DNA of 64,000 nucleotides from the NCBI GenBank assembly GCA_950097015.1, contig CATNEN010000038.1:30194001-30258000 (forward strand). The letters are read 5' to 3'. A model generated the notes under the pieces. That model was not told where the DNA came from, ran no database searches, and worked only from the letters and a program-made list of their open reading frames with translations. Below, piece by piece: positions 43,801 to 57,300 of the stretch (position 1 is its first letter; each line of letters opens with the position of its first letter). This DNA comes from Macrostomum hystrix (lineage: Eukaryota > Animalia > Platyhelminthes). The translations under genes were made by a program, and so were the position numbers.

Positions 43801-45787
43801 AGTCGCAACAGCGCCTCTAGTCCTGGTACGCAATCTAGAGCTTGGCTTCGCGATCTGATAGTGCCTAGACAGCTAGTGGTAACACGCCGCCATTCAACTA
43901 TAGTTTTATGTTGTAAAATGTAATACGTTTCCTTTTCTGGAATTAGCAAGCTAAGTAGTAAGTTCAGAGCTCGAGAAATACGGTCAGCGATTTCACACGA
44001 TTGAAATTCGTCATCCGAAATGGCAAAAATACTTTGAGCTATTTCTTTTGCAGGCTCATTTGCAAAGTTGATCATGTGATGGCATACATTAAGTAGGTGC
44101 GAGAAGCCTTCCTGATCTACGTGAGCCACTGACATTACCATGAAAACTACTTCATACGGGCTGGCGCATTTATCTATCTGTGAATGCATTATTTCTCTCA
44201 GGCTTTCGTATCGGTCAACGCCGCAAAAATGATACGAAATCAGACGGAGAAAGTCATTGGAAACGGGACTCTCAGCTGACAGTAGTTCGTCCTTGGGATA
44301 CACATCTTCTAAAAGTGCTCTAAATTCGCTTGAGAAATCTTGCTTGCTTCTGTAGTTACTCTGAAATATTTGACATCCGAAGTCAAAGATAAATGGACTG
44401 ATCGAATAGCGCAGCTTCTGTCCGCACTTGACTTTTGAAATACGTCTGAACTTTGGATCTTCAAGTATTCGATCCAAGACAAGTGGAAGAGCCTTCGTTG
44501 TTACTTCACAATCGGATTCTAGAAATTTGAAAAGTCCGAATTCGTTCATAATTTTCAATATTTCAGTCAAGTGTTGCTTGTACTTGCGCTTCATGCTGTG
44601 CACTACAAAATCTGTGAAAGTCGAAAAGTTAACGATTTTTACTGTTTCTGTTGACAGTTTGGCAATCCAATTTTCCTGGCTAAAAATTATTTCTCCTGCA
44701 ATTGCTGGTTTAAGGTATTTCATTGAAATTAAGCCAGCTATCGATGTTCTTAGGCTTCGATTTTCGCGAAGAGCTTTTGTCACAGTGTGGTGCAATTCAG
44801 AGTTTCGTAGTGTCTCGGGTAATGACTTTGGCACGGCCTCCAAGTGAAAAGCATCGAAAAAGGACTTGTTATTGATGAAAGTCTTTTCTAAATCACTATT
44901 ACAGGCCATGGACTTTAAATCGAACGTAGTTTTAGCGTTCAGCTCTTCAACACAATAAAAACACCAGGATGTCATCAATGGATTCCACTTCCATGAACTG
45001 CCAGGTGCTTCATAGTCTTCTTGTTGCAGGTGAATAACAAAGACGATAATTTTTTCACAATTTTCATGGCTTTCGCAGAGGCTATCAATCAGGCACCGCG
45101 CGTGCAAGATATGAGGACCATCGATCGATGGCTTGATTTTAATTAGTAGAACTTTCTTTCGGTGATCTTTCAGAAACACGTTTATCGCTTCTGTCAACTC
45201 GCTTTCTTGCCGAAAGTCCATAAGACGCTTTTCTGTGACTTCAGAATCGTCAAAGTCCAGCATATTAATCGTTCGATGAAGAGAAAAGCGAGTATAAACA
45301 AATAACTTTTTAACCTGCTTCGCAAAAAGTTTCTGCGCTTTGTGAAGAGCTTCACAGAGGTTCCTGAGCAAGACGTCGGCAAAGTAATGCTGCTGTAATT
45401 CCTTGTTCTGACAAATTTCGACTGGCTCTGCAAATGCGATCCGTAGAACTGCGTCAGGAAACATGTGCTTGATTAGCTTGTGAAATACTTCGTTCAATAA
45501 GACCTCTTGGTTTAGTCCTTGTTTTGCAGGCTTTTCGAGTAGATAACTAGCGATCAGATGCTCATCATAGCCTTGAATAGTTTCCTGCAGCTTCAGCTTT
45601 CTTTGATAGGCTCCTGTTCGAATTTCGCACAGTTTTTCTACTGCTACCATGATTTGCTTCTCTGCATCAGCCAGTCTCGTGAACTTAAGCTTGTCCCGAA
45701 AGCAAAGCAACTGCTTTTCAAATCTGTTTAAGAATGGTGGATCGAGTCGGCTAATTTCGCTCTTCCTAATCATAACAATGCACCTAA
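40848..45787 (-). CDS. RNF213: RNF213-like C-terminal segment (end of AAA6, helical E3-like scaffold, Cys cluster, CTD)
   Basis: 1661-aa ORF starting at the PPFLNRFEK arginine-finger region; donor CAG|GTGATT at 40847. Confidence 0.75.
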
Positions 45788-47983
45788 GTTTGCATGAACA
45801 GCGCAGTTTTGATTCGCCTGAATTCCTAAAGCAACGCGGCAGTATCTTCTGTCAGAGTACTCAGAATAGTTCTGATTTAGCATATCATACAAACTGCCGT
45901 ATATCAATTCACAGTCCTTTATAATTAGAGTTGAACCCTCTTCCATGCAAGACATCACCTCATTCAGCTTCTTACATGAAAATTCATCGGAAAACTGATC
46001 CTTGTCGTAGAAACTACCGTGAATCACTTTAAAGTTGTGACTCCTCCGATGCAGCATGGAACGCAACAGGTCGAGACAAAATTCACCGTCATAAACAATC
46101 ATTAAATGTCTGGCTCCAGTGTCTGACAAATTTTGCATAATCAAACGTTCTGTCTCAGACTCATCTTGACTGTCGATAAGATTTTCATCCCATTTCCGGT
46201 CGGGAAAAACGGACGCGAATTCCTTCGTAACAGATTTTAGTAAGAATGAGTGGCCGTTAAAGTTTCGTAAAATACCCTCGCGAATAGAATTATTTAGTGT
46301 ACTGCTCACTTGATCCTGATCACATATGAATTTGAGCAGATAATAATAGTCGCGCAGGCCATGAAAGTTCTTAGGCGATTGGCTATCAAAATGTTGGAAC
46401 GATGCTTTAGCAATTTTTTTTAGCATAACTTCGTCGATAGCTAAGACGGAATTTCCTTTGTTTTCCGAGCAGATTGCCTTTCCCGTGCTGAACAGCTCCT
46501 CCTCGTTCATTTCTGGACGCGAAATGTAAATGGCTCGATTCATTTTTGCTGGATCCAGCGCCCAGTTTGAAATTCCAACTACTGAAACTTTGCTTTTACA
46601 ATCTAGTGTGGAATCAGGCTCTAGTAAGTTGTGCAGAACTTTTAGCGGATTATATCTGGACTTTTCAGCCAATCCAATCTCATCTATCAGCACCACTGAA
46701 AGGTGATTTGAGTTTACAGCTACGCACCTGTTCTCCGCCTTTTTAAAGACTCTAATTATTCCATCTGAAGTACTAGTCTCAGAGCCTTGGTAAGTGAAGA
46801 ACCTCAGGGGTCGATACTCCCGGAGCAGAGAGTTATTTGAGTCTTTGCCTCTAAAATTGCTACGAATTATGTTTAATGCAAGAGACTTCGAACAGCCCGG
46901 CTTGCCGACAAGAAACACAGGGATACGGGAGTATATGCAGCTAAAAACAACAAAAACGTTTTCTCTTAAAGCAAGATTTTTTGCTGTCTTTTTTGGAATT
47001 TCCATCCTATTTAGCAAATCAAGTTCTTCAAACTCAAACACAGCAGTCATCTCTTCTACTGTTAGTTGAAGTTCACGCGCAAAAGTATATAGTAAGCCTT
47101 TCCTGTTTGCGGATTCCATTAGTCTTACATAGTAGCACACGTATAATCCGAAAAGCCACGCCTTCTGCTTTGAATCAAACGAAGGCCTATTGCTTGCAGT
47201 ATTACCACAGTGATTTGCTTTTCTTTTAAAGTATTCTAAAAAGAATTCAAAGAACTGGCAAAAGCGCCTGATATCTCTCAAACTAACCGTGAACTCCGAT
47301 CCATCAAGCTCTCGAATAAATTTCTGAGCGGCTGAGAGGGATGAAACGACATTTGCTACAGGCATACCAGGGACATTCGGTTTCAAATCGTCAATCATTC
47401 TGAAAATGTAAGCATTTTCGTCGTTTTCTGTGAGTCTACCAAAGTCCCAAGCCAGTTCAAGGATTGACTCCGGAAGCGGGTTGACTCTGTAGACTAATCT
47501 CGAGAGTATATCTTCACTAAGCTCTTTAACTTCTAAGCCAGCAGGTCGGCTTGATGAACTCCGCAGAACATAAGGGTTGCAGGCTACAATAAAGCGCAAA
47601 TTACATGGAAGCTGACGACTCATTACTCGCTTGTGACACACGACTTCTTTTAGCATTCCAAGGTGCTCACATGTGTTTATCTCATCTAGAAACATTATAA
47701 CCATACCTTCACGTCGTGAAGAGTTCAAAAACTCTTGAAGACAAATTAGAGCGAGTTGTTCTGCATCTGAGATGCTTTGAAAAACCTCAGCTTCAGTTAT
47801 TCCGGCATGAAAGTTCATCACCTGCAACACGCAGTTTTTCATAGCAGCGAGGTAGCGTATTAGACTTGTCTTACCGCAGCCCGTTTCACCGATCAGCACA
47901 ACAGGTACATCAGCGTCAAGCCTTAAGTTGATAAGAATCATTTTTAGAAAATTGTCTGCTGTTAATACGTAGCCTCGAGCCAT
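45770..47983 (-). CDS. RNF213: RNF213-like AAA+ core segment (AAA3-AAA6 region, two Walker A/B pairs)
   Basis: GETGCGKT with MFLDEIN, and GKPGCSKS with VLIDEIG; ORF of 737 aa. Confidence 0.9.
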   Translation of the reverse strand: MARGYVLTADNFLKMILINLRLDADVPVVLIGETGCGKTSLIRYLAAMKNCVLQVMNFHAGITEAEVFQSISDAEQLALICLQEFLNSSRREGMVIMFLDEINTCEHLGMLKEVVCHKRVMSRQLPCNLRFIVACNPYVLRSSSSRPAGLEVKELSEDILSRLVYRVNPLPESILELAWDFGRLTENDENAYIFRMIDDLKPNVPGMPVANVVSSLSAAQKFIRELDGSEFTVSLRDIRRFCQFFEFFLEYFKRKANHCGNTASNRPSFDSKQKAWLFGLYVCYYVRLMESANRKGLLYTFARELQLTVEEMTAVFEFEELDLLNRMEIPKKTAKNLALRENVFVVFSCIYSRIPVFLVGKPGCSKSLALNIIRSNFRGKDSNNSLLREYRPLRFFTYQGSETSTSDGIIRVFKKAENRCVAVNSNHLSVVLIDEIGLAEKSRYNPLKVLHNLLEPDSTLDCKSKVSVVGISNWALDPAKMNRAIYISRPEMNEEELFSTGKAICSENKGNSVLAIDEVMLKKIAKASFQHFDSQSPKNFHGLRDYYYLLKFICDQDQVSSTLNNSIREGILRNFNGHSFLLKSVTKEFASVFPDRKWDENLIDSQDESETERLIMQNLSDTGARHLMIVYDGEFCLDLLRSMLHRRSHNFKVIHGSFYDKDQFSDEFSCKKLNEVMSCMEEGSTLIIKDCELIYGSLYDMLNQNYSEYSDRRYCRVALGIQANQNCAVHANLGALL

Positions 47984-47986
47984 TTC

Positions 47987-50900
47987 CTAAGGAACATTCG
48001 CTGCTGAGCGAGTCACGATTTTAGCTAACTTTTCTTGCAGCTCATTCTCTGACAAGTTTTTGAAATCGGACAAAGGTTTCGACGACGCGCTTTGAAAAAG
48101 TTCCATAATATCCGGATGAACACTTAAACGATTTTGGTAGATCAGCTCAACCGTTGATGTGTCATAATTCATAAAAACCGGGAACACATAGGCGAATTTT
48201 TCCCAACAGATTAGGCCTGTCAACTGAGATTTCACGCGCTGATTGCTACTCAGGCTCGTCTCAGCTTGTTGCGCCTTAATCGATGACACGGACCTAAGAG
48301 CTAGCTGCAGAGTCGAGTTTATTATAAGATCAATCATTTTGCTTCGGACACCTGATCTACCACTGAGACGAATAGAATTCACGCTAAAAAAGCAACTTGA
48401 AGTGAACTTCTTTAACTGCTCACAGAGGATTTTTATGCACATCTCTAAACCGAGAAACGAAATAAAATCTATTGGTCTAGCGCCGTCTTCCAGAGGCTTA
48501 CTAAAAAGCGCAGCCAATAGTTTAATGCAAGTGCCAGTTTTCAAGGATTCGCTCAGGCTGATTTCCTTGACGTCGACCTCATTGTCTTGAACAAGCTTCA
48601 GGTACTTGCATACCACCTGAACAGGAGACAGTGGTTCACTAGATACTGTCATATTTTCGAAATTTTCCCATCTGCACTTAGAATCTGTAAGACGGGAGAA
48701 AATCAAAAAAGCATTTAGCAGCTCATCATTAATGCTATTAGCGACTTCCAGATAAACTTTGAGCGGTCGCACTGCAACAACGTTGCATGAAGAAGCGATT
48801 GCTTGACAAAAAATAATTTCAAACAGCTGGGCCTCCAAATTGTCAGAGTTTTTCATGTCGCCGATATCGAAATGGATAACGCATTGGTTTAGCTGGCCAC
48901 AAAGCAAAAGCTTTTCCGCTAGGTTTTCTTTATCAACGTATCCGCTGAGGTGAATCTGAACAGGGCGAGTATGATTTTGAAATAAGTGGGTGATAATTTT
49001 TTCGGACTTTCCCACTGATGGCCTGTCGGATATGCAGAAATACACCTCGCTGAAGCACTGCTTAACAACGCAATTGAGCTTTTCATTTGTCATCGACTGC
49101 GGCTTGACAACGCAGCTTCCGAATGCCGTAAAAATAATGTGTGACTCTACAGCTCTACAAAATATGGCGACTCGACCCAACTCTTTGTTTGATGTAATTC
49201 TATTCAATTCAAAAACTAGATCGCATAGAACATTCAGCTTTAGATTCTGAGCGTCCAAAATATAAATCACCCGGCCATCGATCTCTGGAGCTCTTTTCAC
49301 AGCCAAAACAACTTCGTCAGAGGTTGTACTTTGACTACAGAATACTATTTCGTTGATCCACGGAGCTGCCTGCTGGCTGCTCAGCCATACGTGCAGGAAA
49401 ATATTTAAAATATCCCTATCATTTGGATTGATTTGATAAATGGCCAGCTTTCCTTGCACAACTTGCAATTCTCGGCTGCCAATGTGATCGAGGCCTGAGA
49501 AGCTTCGAGGAGTCTGTCGTTTCACAGTATCAAGCTTTGAGAAAAGATTTCTTAATTTGCGATCAAGAATTTGATGCTGGTCTTCTACGCTCATTTCATT
49601 CAACTCCTGAATGTTAAACTCTTGGTTGAAATTTGCGGACAATACTTCATCAACTTCAAGTCTCATAAAATACAGTACATTCGCTATATTCTGTGCCGAT
49701 TTAGGGTCTGGTTTACCGTAAAAATAATGAAACAGCCTGACTAGACTAATTCCAAATATGGAATTCGCTAGTGTATATTTGTCCCTCAGTGACGATAAAA
49801 GATTTTTCCAAAGATCCTTTGTCAGGTTAAGAACTTGGACATATTCATCGAGAGTAACAAGCTTTCCTTTGGACTCCGAATTGAAAAATAGAGGATGACC
49901 GCTAGAAATTAGCATCTGAATGCTTTCAAAAGCGCATTCAAGTAGATCCACGTGACTTACAAAGTTTTTTAGAGCTAGAGTTTCGGAATCATCAAGACAG
50001 CGTGATTGCGTAGCATTATTCGACAACAGTATTCTCGATCGATGTTCGAGCAAATCAGTAAGCAAATAACGAGTAGCACCAGACGAACAAATAAAGCAGC
50101 ATGCGGATACCCTTGACTCGCCAGTGCTAATCAAGTATTCAACTGCGTGAATGTTCTTGGCAATAGATCTTGCCAAATTCTTCGATGTTGTTCCACGAGA
50201 TCCCAAATTGGCGTGGAGCTGTTCAATCAAGCTGATATGCCTCTGGCATTCTTCTAGGCGATCAATTATGTCTTTTGCACACTTATCAAGTTGTGAATCA
50301 GTTTGCTGAGATTTGTAAAAATAGCACGCTTGCTCAACCGACTTTATTGCTACGCTTGCTGAACAGCTTGCCTGTTCGCCACTGGCTCTTAAAAAAACAC
50401 TCTTCAGTGACTGCTGCAGTGAAATAAGTGAGTTAATAACTGACGGACTCACATCACTAGTTACATTTTCGTCTGTACCATCTAACAGCTGCTGGAAATC
50501 TGAATTCTGTTGGTTAAACAAAAACTGCAAAACATCGTTACAATATTGAAAGTTTTCGACTAGCATCCATACGTGTGGATCGACGGACTTGAATTGAAGT
50601 TCAACTTCCTCAAACGCTTTCAGATAGTCCGTAACAGTAGGCTCTTTTTGGCGCAGAAATCTCATCATGATGTTGCTCGCTGGATCTCGGCATTCTACAG
50701 CCTCGCAAATATCGCAGGAAAGCTCACTGGACTCTGCGGTTGACACTTTGTGCTCGGCTTTAATAAAAATGTCATGAGCTGCGTGAAACAACGCAGTGAG
50801 TCGTTTTTGCCACTTTGACCTTACTTTGATTCTATCTAAAAATTCGACAGGGTTTTGCAAGGAAATTTTTACGTATTTTTCAGCAGTTCTCACCTCCCGC

Positions 50901-51797
50901 TGGAGATTGATATCGTCGTCCGAGATGTGTTTTTCGATCTGACTGACCTTTTCTGAACGTGCACTAAGTAGACGCCAGAATTCTTGATAAGCAGTCACTG
51001 CAGCAGGCAAATGCTTTTCCAAAAGTTCGGTACAGGTAAGAGTTATTACAGACGTACGCCCTGTTTTCTTGCCTTTTGGAACTCTCCTTATCGGATCCTT
51101 TTTAACTGGGTTAACAGATTTCGGATTGAAAAAAGTATTTCTAAAAATACACGACTGAATCAAAGACTTGGCTTGCTCCACATTTTCTAATGACGTCACT
51201 TGAAATATCCTTTGAAGGGGATCCTGAGCCTCCAATTCGAGTATTTTCTCTTGGTTAAAGCTACTTCGAAGTTCTTGGAGCCTGCGTTTTCCCTGTTCGA
51301 AGTCAGAAATTTTTATATCCAACCCACTGCTGGGCTCGGAGATTTGTGATATAAATTTCAGAACCATCTCGACCTCTTCCAGCTTTTTCTTCCAATTCTG
51401 AACGCACATCAATGAGTTCTTTATTGATTCGCTAATATTGGCGTCGAAATTCTGTCGAAACGCATTCAAAATTTCATTGAATGCATCTATGTTAATTCCT
51501 TCTTCAAGTCTGTGAGCTTGGTAGTTTCTGAGAAGCGTCGAAAGTTCCTCGACTTCTGCTGCTGTGGCATCTTTGTCTCGCACACGCTTAGCCAATCTTC
51601 CGATGCTTTCGATTAGAGTCTTTGAGTTCTCCAGAACGCGATTCCGCAAGTCAGATGGGCAAGTGTCGCAAAGAAGCCAGCTCCAAGTGTGCCTCATAAG
51701 CAAAATGTCTTTAAGATGGCTAATTGCTGAATTCTTATTGTCTGAAATTGCCTTCAGAACGTAAATCAAAGTGTCGGCCCGTAATTCGTACAGCGGT
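47987..51797 (-). CDS. RNF213: RNF213-like stalk, AAA1 and AAA2 segment
   Basis: 1287-aa ORF; IVFCSQSTTSDEV, SDRPSVGKS, IHFDIG, YLEVAN and PVQVVCKYL resemble RNF213; same frame as the next ORF across a single TAG. Confidence 0.8.
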
Positions 51798-52076
51798 CTG
51801 CAAGAAGAGAAAATAAGAACCAGGTATAAATGTATGTTTGTCATGTTCATATTCGTCCATAGTCAAATTTAAATTTCTACTTCTGGTATCTAATTTACGG
51901 CATCTTAACGGAAGCAATGAGGAATCAGGCTTTTCCAAAAAAAAAAAACTAAACTAGACTAATTTTTCCAATGGTCTCAGATTGAACCTCCGGGCTCTTG
52001 GTCAGAAGTGCAGCTTCCATACAAACTCTAGGTACGACAGGTATAAAACAACAACAAATTTGCCAAACTTGCTTAC

Positions 52077-54340
52077 CTTAAACCAATTTTGTCTATCATA
52101 TTGGTATAGTCGGAATGCTTAAAGAAGCTAAGAATTACTTCCTTATCTTCTTCTCGGGCAAAGCATTGCTGCAATGATGCAAACAGTACATTCGCTATTT
52201 CTTTTTCAGGAACATAATCGACGTCAACATCGGCTACATCGGCAACGTTTCTGCGAATGAATTCTAATGAAATTATAGATGTCTTAAGTAGATTTCCAGC
52301 AGACTCTGTGATTTTATCGAGCAGCTCAGGGGAAGAGCAACACGATCTAGTCATATTCAAAGCTACTTTGCATATAGATTCATCGCTGAAATCGCTTCTA
52401 GAAGTCATCACTTTTTGCAGAAACTCACTAAATTCTTGTGGTGCTTCTTTTGAGAAATCTGATTGCATTGAGCCAATTAGTCTGTAAAATAATTGATCAC
52501 CAAAAATCAGACTTTTTATTGGGCTGCTTTTAGAGTCAAGTGCAAACGATAAAACGTCTTTTGCATACTGTGCATCAAGATCTGTGTAATTCTCCAGAAC
52601 TTTTATCAATGCTGAGCGGTCAGTAGTCGACGAGAGATTACAACAGGACGAGTCTGATGCACAACTGATAGCTGCTTTGCGAATAACGGGAACTGCATCA
52701 CACAGCCAGCTAGCTTTGTTTGCACACTTCAGCTTCTCGGCCAGCTCAAGTAGCTCACCAATGCGCAATTTTTCATCATTTTTAAGACATGCTAGCTTCG
52801 TTTCCAACGACGAAATTGCTAGAAAATTTTCTGCCCACGATGCAAACGGAGTACCTCGAATTTTTTCGGAATTCAGGGCAGTCAGACATTCTTCTGTCGA
52901 GCGATGCGTTTTTAACTCTTGAATTAGATTCATTAAATCTTGGTTTTCACCCGAAGAGTCAAATGCGACACTTGCAGTTACTAGAAGACCTTCAGGATCC
53001 ACGGATCTATGAAGCTCCATTTTCAGCATGGCCTGTGCGAACTTGGCCCTAACATTTTCATTGCTTTCGAAAATTCCGATGCTATGAACAATGGCAATAA
53101 AGTTTTCCTTGCTATTTGTAGCGTGCTTACTCATCAAAACCTTAGCACAACTGCAAAGGTGTAGAAAAGAACAGAGGTACTTCTCAAGAAATACAAATTC
53201 CTTCTTGTTGAGAGAATTCCTACTCCGATGGACTAAAAATCCTAGAAATAGTTCAGCTTCCTGCGGCTTCCACGCATTCTTGTTGTCCGGCGCAAATTTC
53301 TCTGCAATGTTAAGAGCAACCCTGCAGAGAAAAAGTCCACCAGAATCCGTCAGAGAGTTCTCCAGATCGAATGGCGGCTTCATCAAACGATAGATTGTAT
53401 CAAAAAAGTCTTTTGGATTGACGCTTAAAAGTTTCTTGACTTCTTCGGCACGTGCCACCTGCAGTAGCCATTTGCCGATAATATTAATGCAAAGCAAATC
53501 GACAACTTCAGAAACGTCAGTTCCAAATATAAGTGACGAGGCGCTGTTCTTGTTTGCGAGAGCTACTGCGTGAAAGGCAAATACTTTCCAAAAGCGTTTC
53601 GCTTTGTCTACCGATTTATAAATATCTCGGTCTAAAAACGCATCGAAGTTGACTTTGCGTTCAATTTCAAACCTCCGAACAGTTTTCTCTTCTGACAGCT
53701 CATTGGCGGCGGTGGGCTTTGGGTTGCCGACAGAGCAGTCGGCAATGGCCTCGATTACGGTGCCAACGCGACTACAAAATTTTTCTATCTGAGCTTCTTG
53801 TGGTTTAGAAAGCCCTTTCTTCAGTGCGCTGACTGACGGATATTGAGAAATGTTCAGTTTTTCATCGCAAGCTATTTTGTAAAAGTAGGACACGGATTGA
53901 ATTTCACTGGTCAAAAGGAAAACCTTCCATGTTGGAAGTGTGAAGAAATCAGCTCCTGTAATTTTTTTGTCAATCGAAGTAATTCTCTTGCCCTGATTGT
54001 CCAGTATGACCAGGCTTACTTTGATGCCTTGTATCGAATATATGCATTCTTTAATTGCTTGAACGAAAGCTGTAAGTTTCTCCGCAGGCTTGACGAAACT
54101 TTGCAGATAGTCAACAAAAAACTGAACAATGTCGGCGATGAAGAGACGGCACTCAAAGGATGTCTGTAATGTGTTTTAGTTTTTATTGCGTACAGCGACT
54201 CTCGTTCAATAACTTTGCAATTTTCCGTACAGTAAAAATTACAATAAATGCGTCTGAGTTTTTCTATTGGACTTTTTTGTAATAACAACACCGATCTACA
54301 ATCCTTAAGAAACTGTATGCTGTTTATAAGACTTACAAAT
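52077..54340 (-). CDS. RNF213-like N-terminal helical exon
   Basis: The frame of ORF 52073..53914 is open up to about 54175; AG|GTAAGC donor (phase 2) joins the acceptor at 51797 in frame. Confidence 0.7.
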
Positions 54341-57300
54341 CTGAAGGGAATTCAAGAGAGCTCTAGGAGGAAACTAGACTAAAAGTAGCAACAGCAGAGA
54401 GGGCAAGCAACTGAAAGAAGAAAGTTTAGACTATAAGATTCGCCCCGAGATCACTTAATCATTTCAGCGCAAACCCGGTCCGGCATGACAGCAGCGGCGC
54501 CGACGTGGAGCCGCCTCCGATCCGCAGCGGTGCTGACGTGGAGCTGCCTGAAACCACCTGCAGCGGTGCCGACGTGGAGCTGCCGGAATCAACCCGGCCT
54601 GTCCCGACCCGCAGCTGCCTGCATCGACCCAGCCCAGCCTGAAACGAGCCGCCCGGACCCGATCGGGAACGAGATCTGGAGGAGGCCGGGACCGCACAAG
54701 AAGACTGGATCGATGAAGGGGAAGGGGATAATGAACAGTAGGAAAGAGGTCTCGATAGAAGCGGGAACGAGTCCTAACTCAACTAAGGCGTTTTCAGGAC
54801 TTTTACCCACCCTACATAGAAAAGGGGTTGGTGTGCCTGCCAACCAACTAGTCTAATGATAATGCCTGTACTAGACCAGAGGCTGCGACCTCAACCAGCA
54901 TAAATCTTCTTGCGAATGTTGCTACGGTATTGCCTTCCCCTCGGATCGAGGGGTTTTAAAGACAATAAGTCGGAGCGGAGCGCGGAAAATGGATCGCCGC
55001 GAGTTCGTTAGAGAATTAGCTTTGGGCTCCGTTAAGTTAACTATTTAGAAAACTTACTGTGTTTGAGTTCTTTCTTGATTTGATCTCAAGGTAAAAACCC
55101 GGAAGAGATCGCACCAGTCAGCCGAGATACTGAGAACGATAGTCGTTCGGAGTTAAAGCCTTCAAGACATCTAGACTGCAGTCAACCGCTAGACTACATA
55201 TAGGAAAGTACCAAAACAGAGACCCAAAACGTGAAGCGCAATACTGTTCACGAAGCGTCACGGTAAAAGACCTAAGCTGTGATAAGTTTTTACGACATAA
55301 CTACGAGAATACACACTACACGGGAATTTAAGATTTTTGTGCTTGAATGATGCATTTTTCTATTAAAAATCCAAAATCCGCTGAAAATATTTCAAGATTT
55401 CTTCATCTTTGTTTACGGTTCAGTGCCTACTGAACGCTGCCTACGATAGCTCCCAAACCGAATCAGAATTTTGAGCTCTTTACGTTGAAATAACCTTCAA
55501 AGCCGGCCTAGTCAGCACCGTCGAGATATTCCGCGATTCTTGTCGAAGATTCTCGTGACTATGAGAATAAACATGCCTTTCCACCTCTATATGGGGAATC
55601 AATATTGGTTCAATAGTAGAAAGTCAATAATCATCACCAATCTAACTAACTGCAAAATTTTATACCGGATATGGTTACTAAATGAAACTTTTTAAGCAAA
55701 AATTATGCCTATATTGGTGGTTTTTTCACTAGACACCCCATCTAGAATCGTTGAATATATTAACGATGCCGTGCCGATATTTTTTTCTGTTTGCTTGCAC
55801 AATTGATTTATTTCAATAGAATTTGTTTGTGCGCCACTGGGATTTGCCGGCAAGTCGAATCCTAAAGCGCCATGCTGGGTCTGACCACCAAATAGAAATT
55901 GTAGAAATTAAACATTTAAGAAGCTGCAATTGCTAATGCTAACTACACTCGGTGTATACTTTTGTTAAGTTAACTCAAATCTGGGCCACCTATCGTCTGG
56001 AGTTATTACAAGTGCTACAAGTATTTAAAGGAAAGATATTTTAAAGCTCGTATATAATACTCACATATTCCATTCTGAACTCCTCTGGAAGGTTTATATA
56101 GGCCTCTTGCGAAAGGAATATTCGCTAGAAAAGTTAAAATGGTTTTGCTTTTTATTGATATGCGAGCGATCAATACTATATAATAGTATTTTAGTATATT
56201 TATAAAGCTCTACTTTAATCATGAGAATGGGCGAAAATTAGGAAACTTTGAAATAGCTAATCAAAATAAGGGAAGGAATCAAGTGTTTCGGCAGTGCTGT
56301 CAGTCAAATAAACTCTTTTAAACGTTCCTCGAGAGAAAATCAATTTTTCCACTTCTTAAAACGTTCTAACGCTTTGTGCACTTTTTTACTACCAAACACA
56401 ATGCTCTGAGCCTGACCGGAAAATAATTCAGTAGGAGAGATAGAGAGGGTATGAATAAGAAACTCAAAGTAAAACCCCGAAACACGTTATAACAAAAACC
56501 TTTGTTGCTGCTGGTGTGCTTCTGTTCTTGGTTACAGGAATGGCACTCTTATCTGAGCATACGTTTTCAATGCTCCGAGGCGTTTTAGTAGTGCCTTGTA
56601 CTGGCGATGCTTTCCTGTAAGCGACAGCATGTTATTTTCAATTTTGGCTTATGAAGAGTTGTAGTATTGTAGAACTAATTTTAACTTAGGTTCAACTCAC
56701 ATGGTTAGCTTTTGCATATCAGATTTCTCAAGCAGAAATGCAACTTGCAGCTGCGAATTCTCAGTTTCGCATGGTCGGCACAGCAAAATAATTTGGCAAA
56801 GTGCTCCAGATCTAGTTTTCGTTAGCTCCAGTATGTCACTCAAACCTCGACTGGAATCAATTTGGAATCTTATTATAATACACGGCAGGAGAGCGAGTTG
56901 TCGAACAGTTTCAGCCGGTTCGCTACCGGAGAAATCTGATTGACTTCTAGATTGATTGTTGACTTCAATCTGAAGGATTCGACAACCAGAGCGCTGAGCA
57001 AAATCCAGAAGGGAGGCGCTGTCACTCAACAATGCGCAGAAGCTATTTAGCTCACTGACCGGAGCAGAAAGCCTCTGTGATCCATGTTCGATGAAAGGAA
57101 CTGAAATTAGAGAGTATAGCGGACACAAAATTGGAGTGAGTGTGAATGCAAGAAAAATTATATTATTCACGTAATACGACGAGAAAGGCAAATTAGGGGA
57201 ATCGTACTACGCTCGTAGCAATAGAAATACATGAATTGAAGAAAAAATCGAGAGTCAAAAAATGAGCGAGGCTCTGCTGCACAGCCCATAATTCATTCAT

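Noticed and set aside
40788-53914. Bacterial operon or contamination suggested by long abutting ORFs
   Set aside because: The ORFs are collinear parts of one RNF213-like protein joined by GT-AG introns, one of which contains a host SINE.
40864-54169. Many plus-strand ORFs antisense to the RNF213-like exons (and similar ones opposite dystrophin and cyclase exons)
   Set aside because: Shadow ORFs of long coding sequence with no motifs or splice support.
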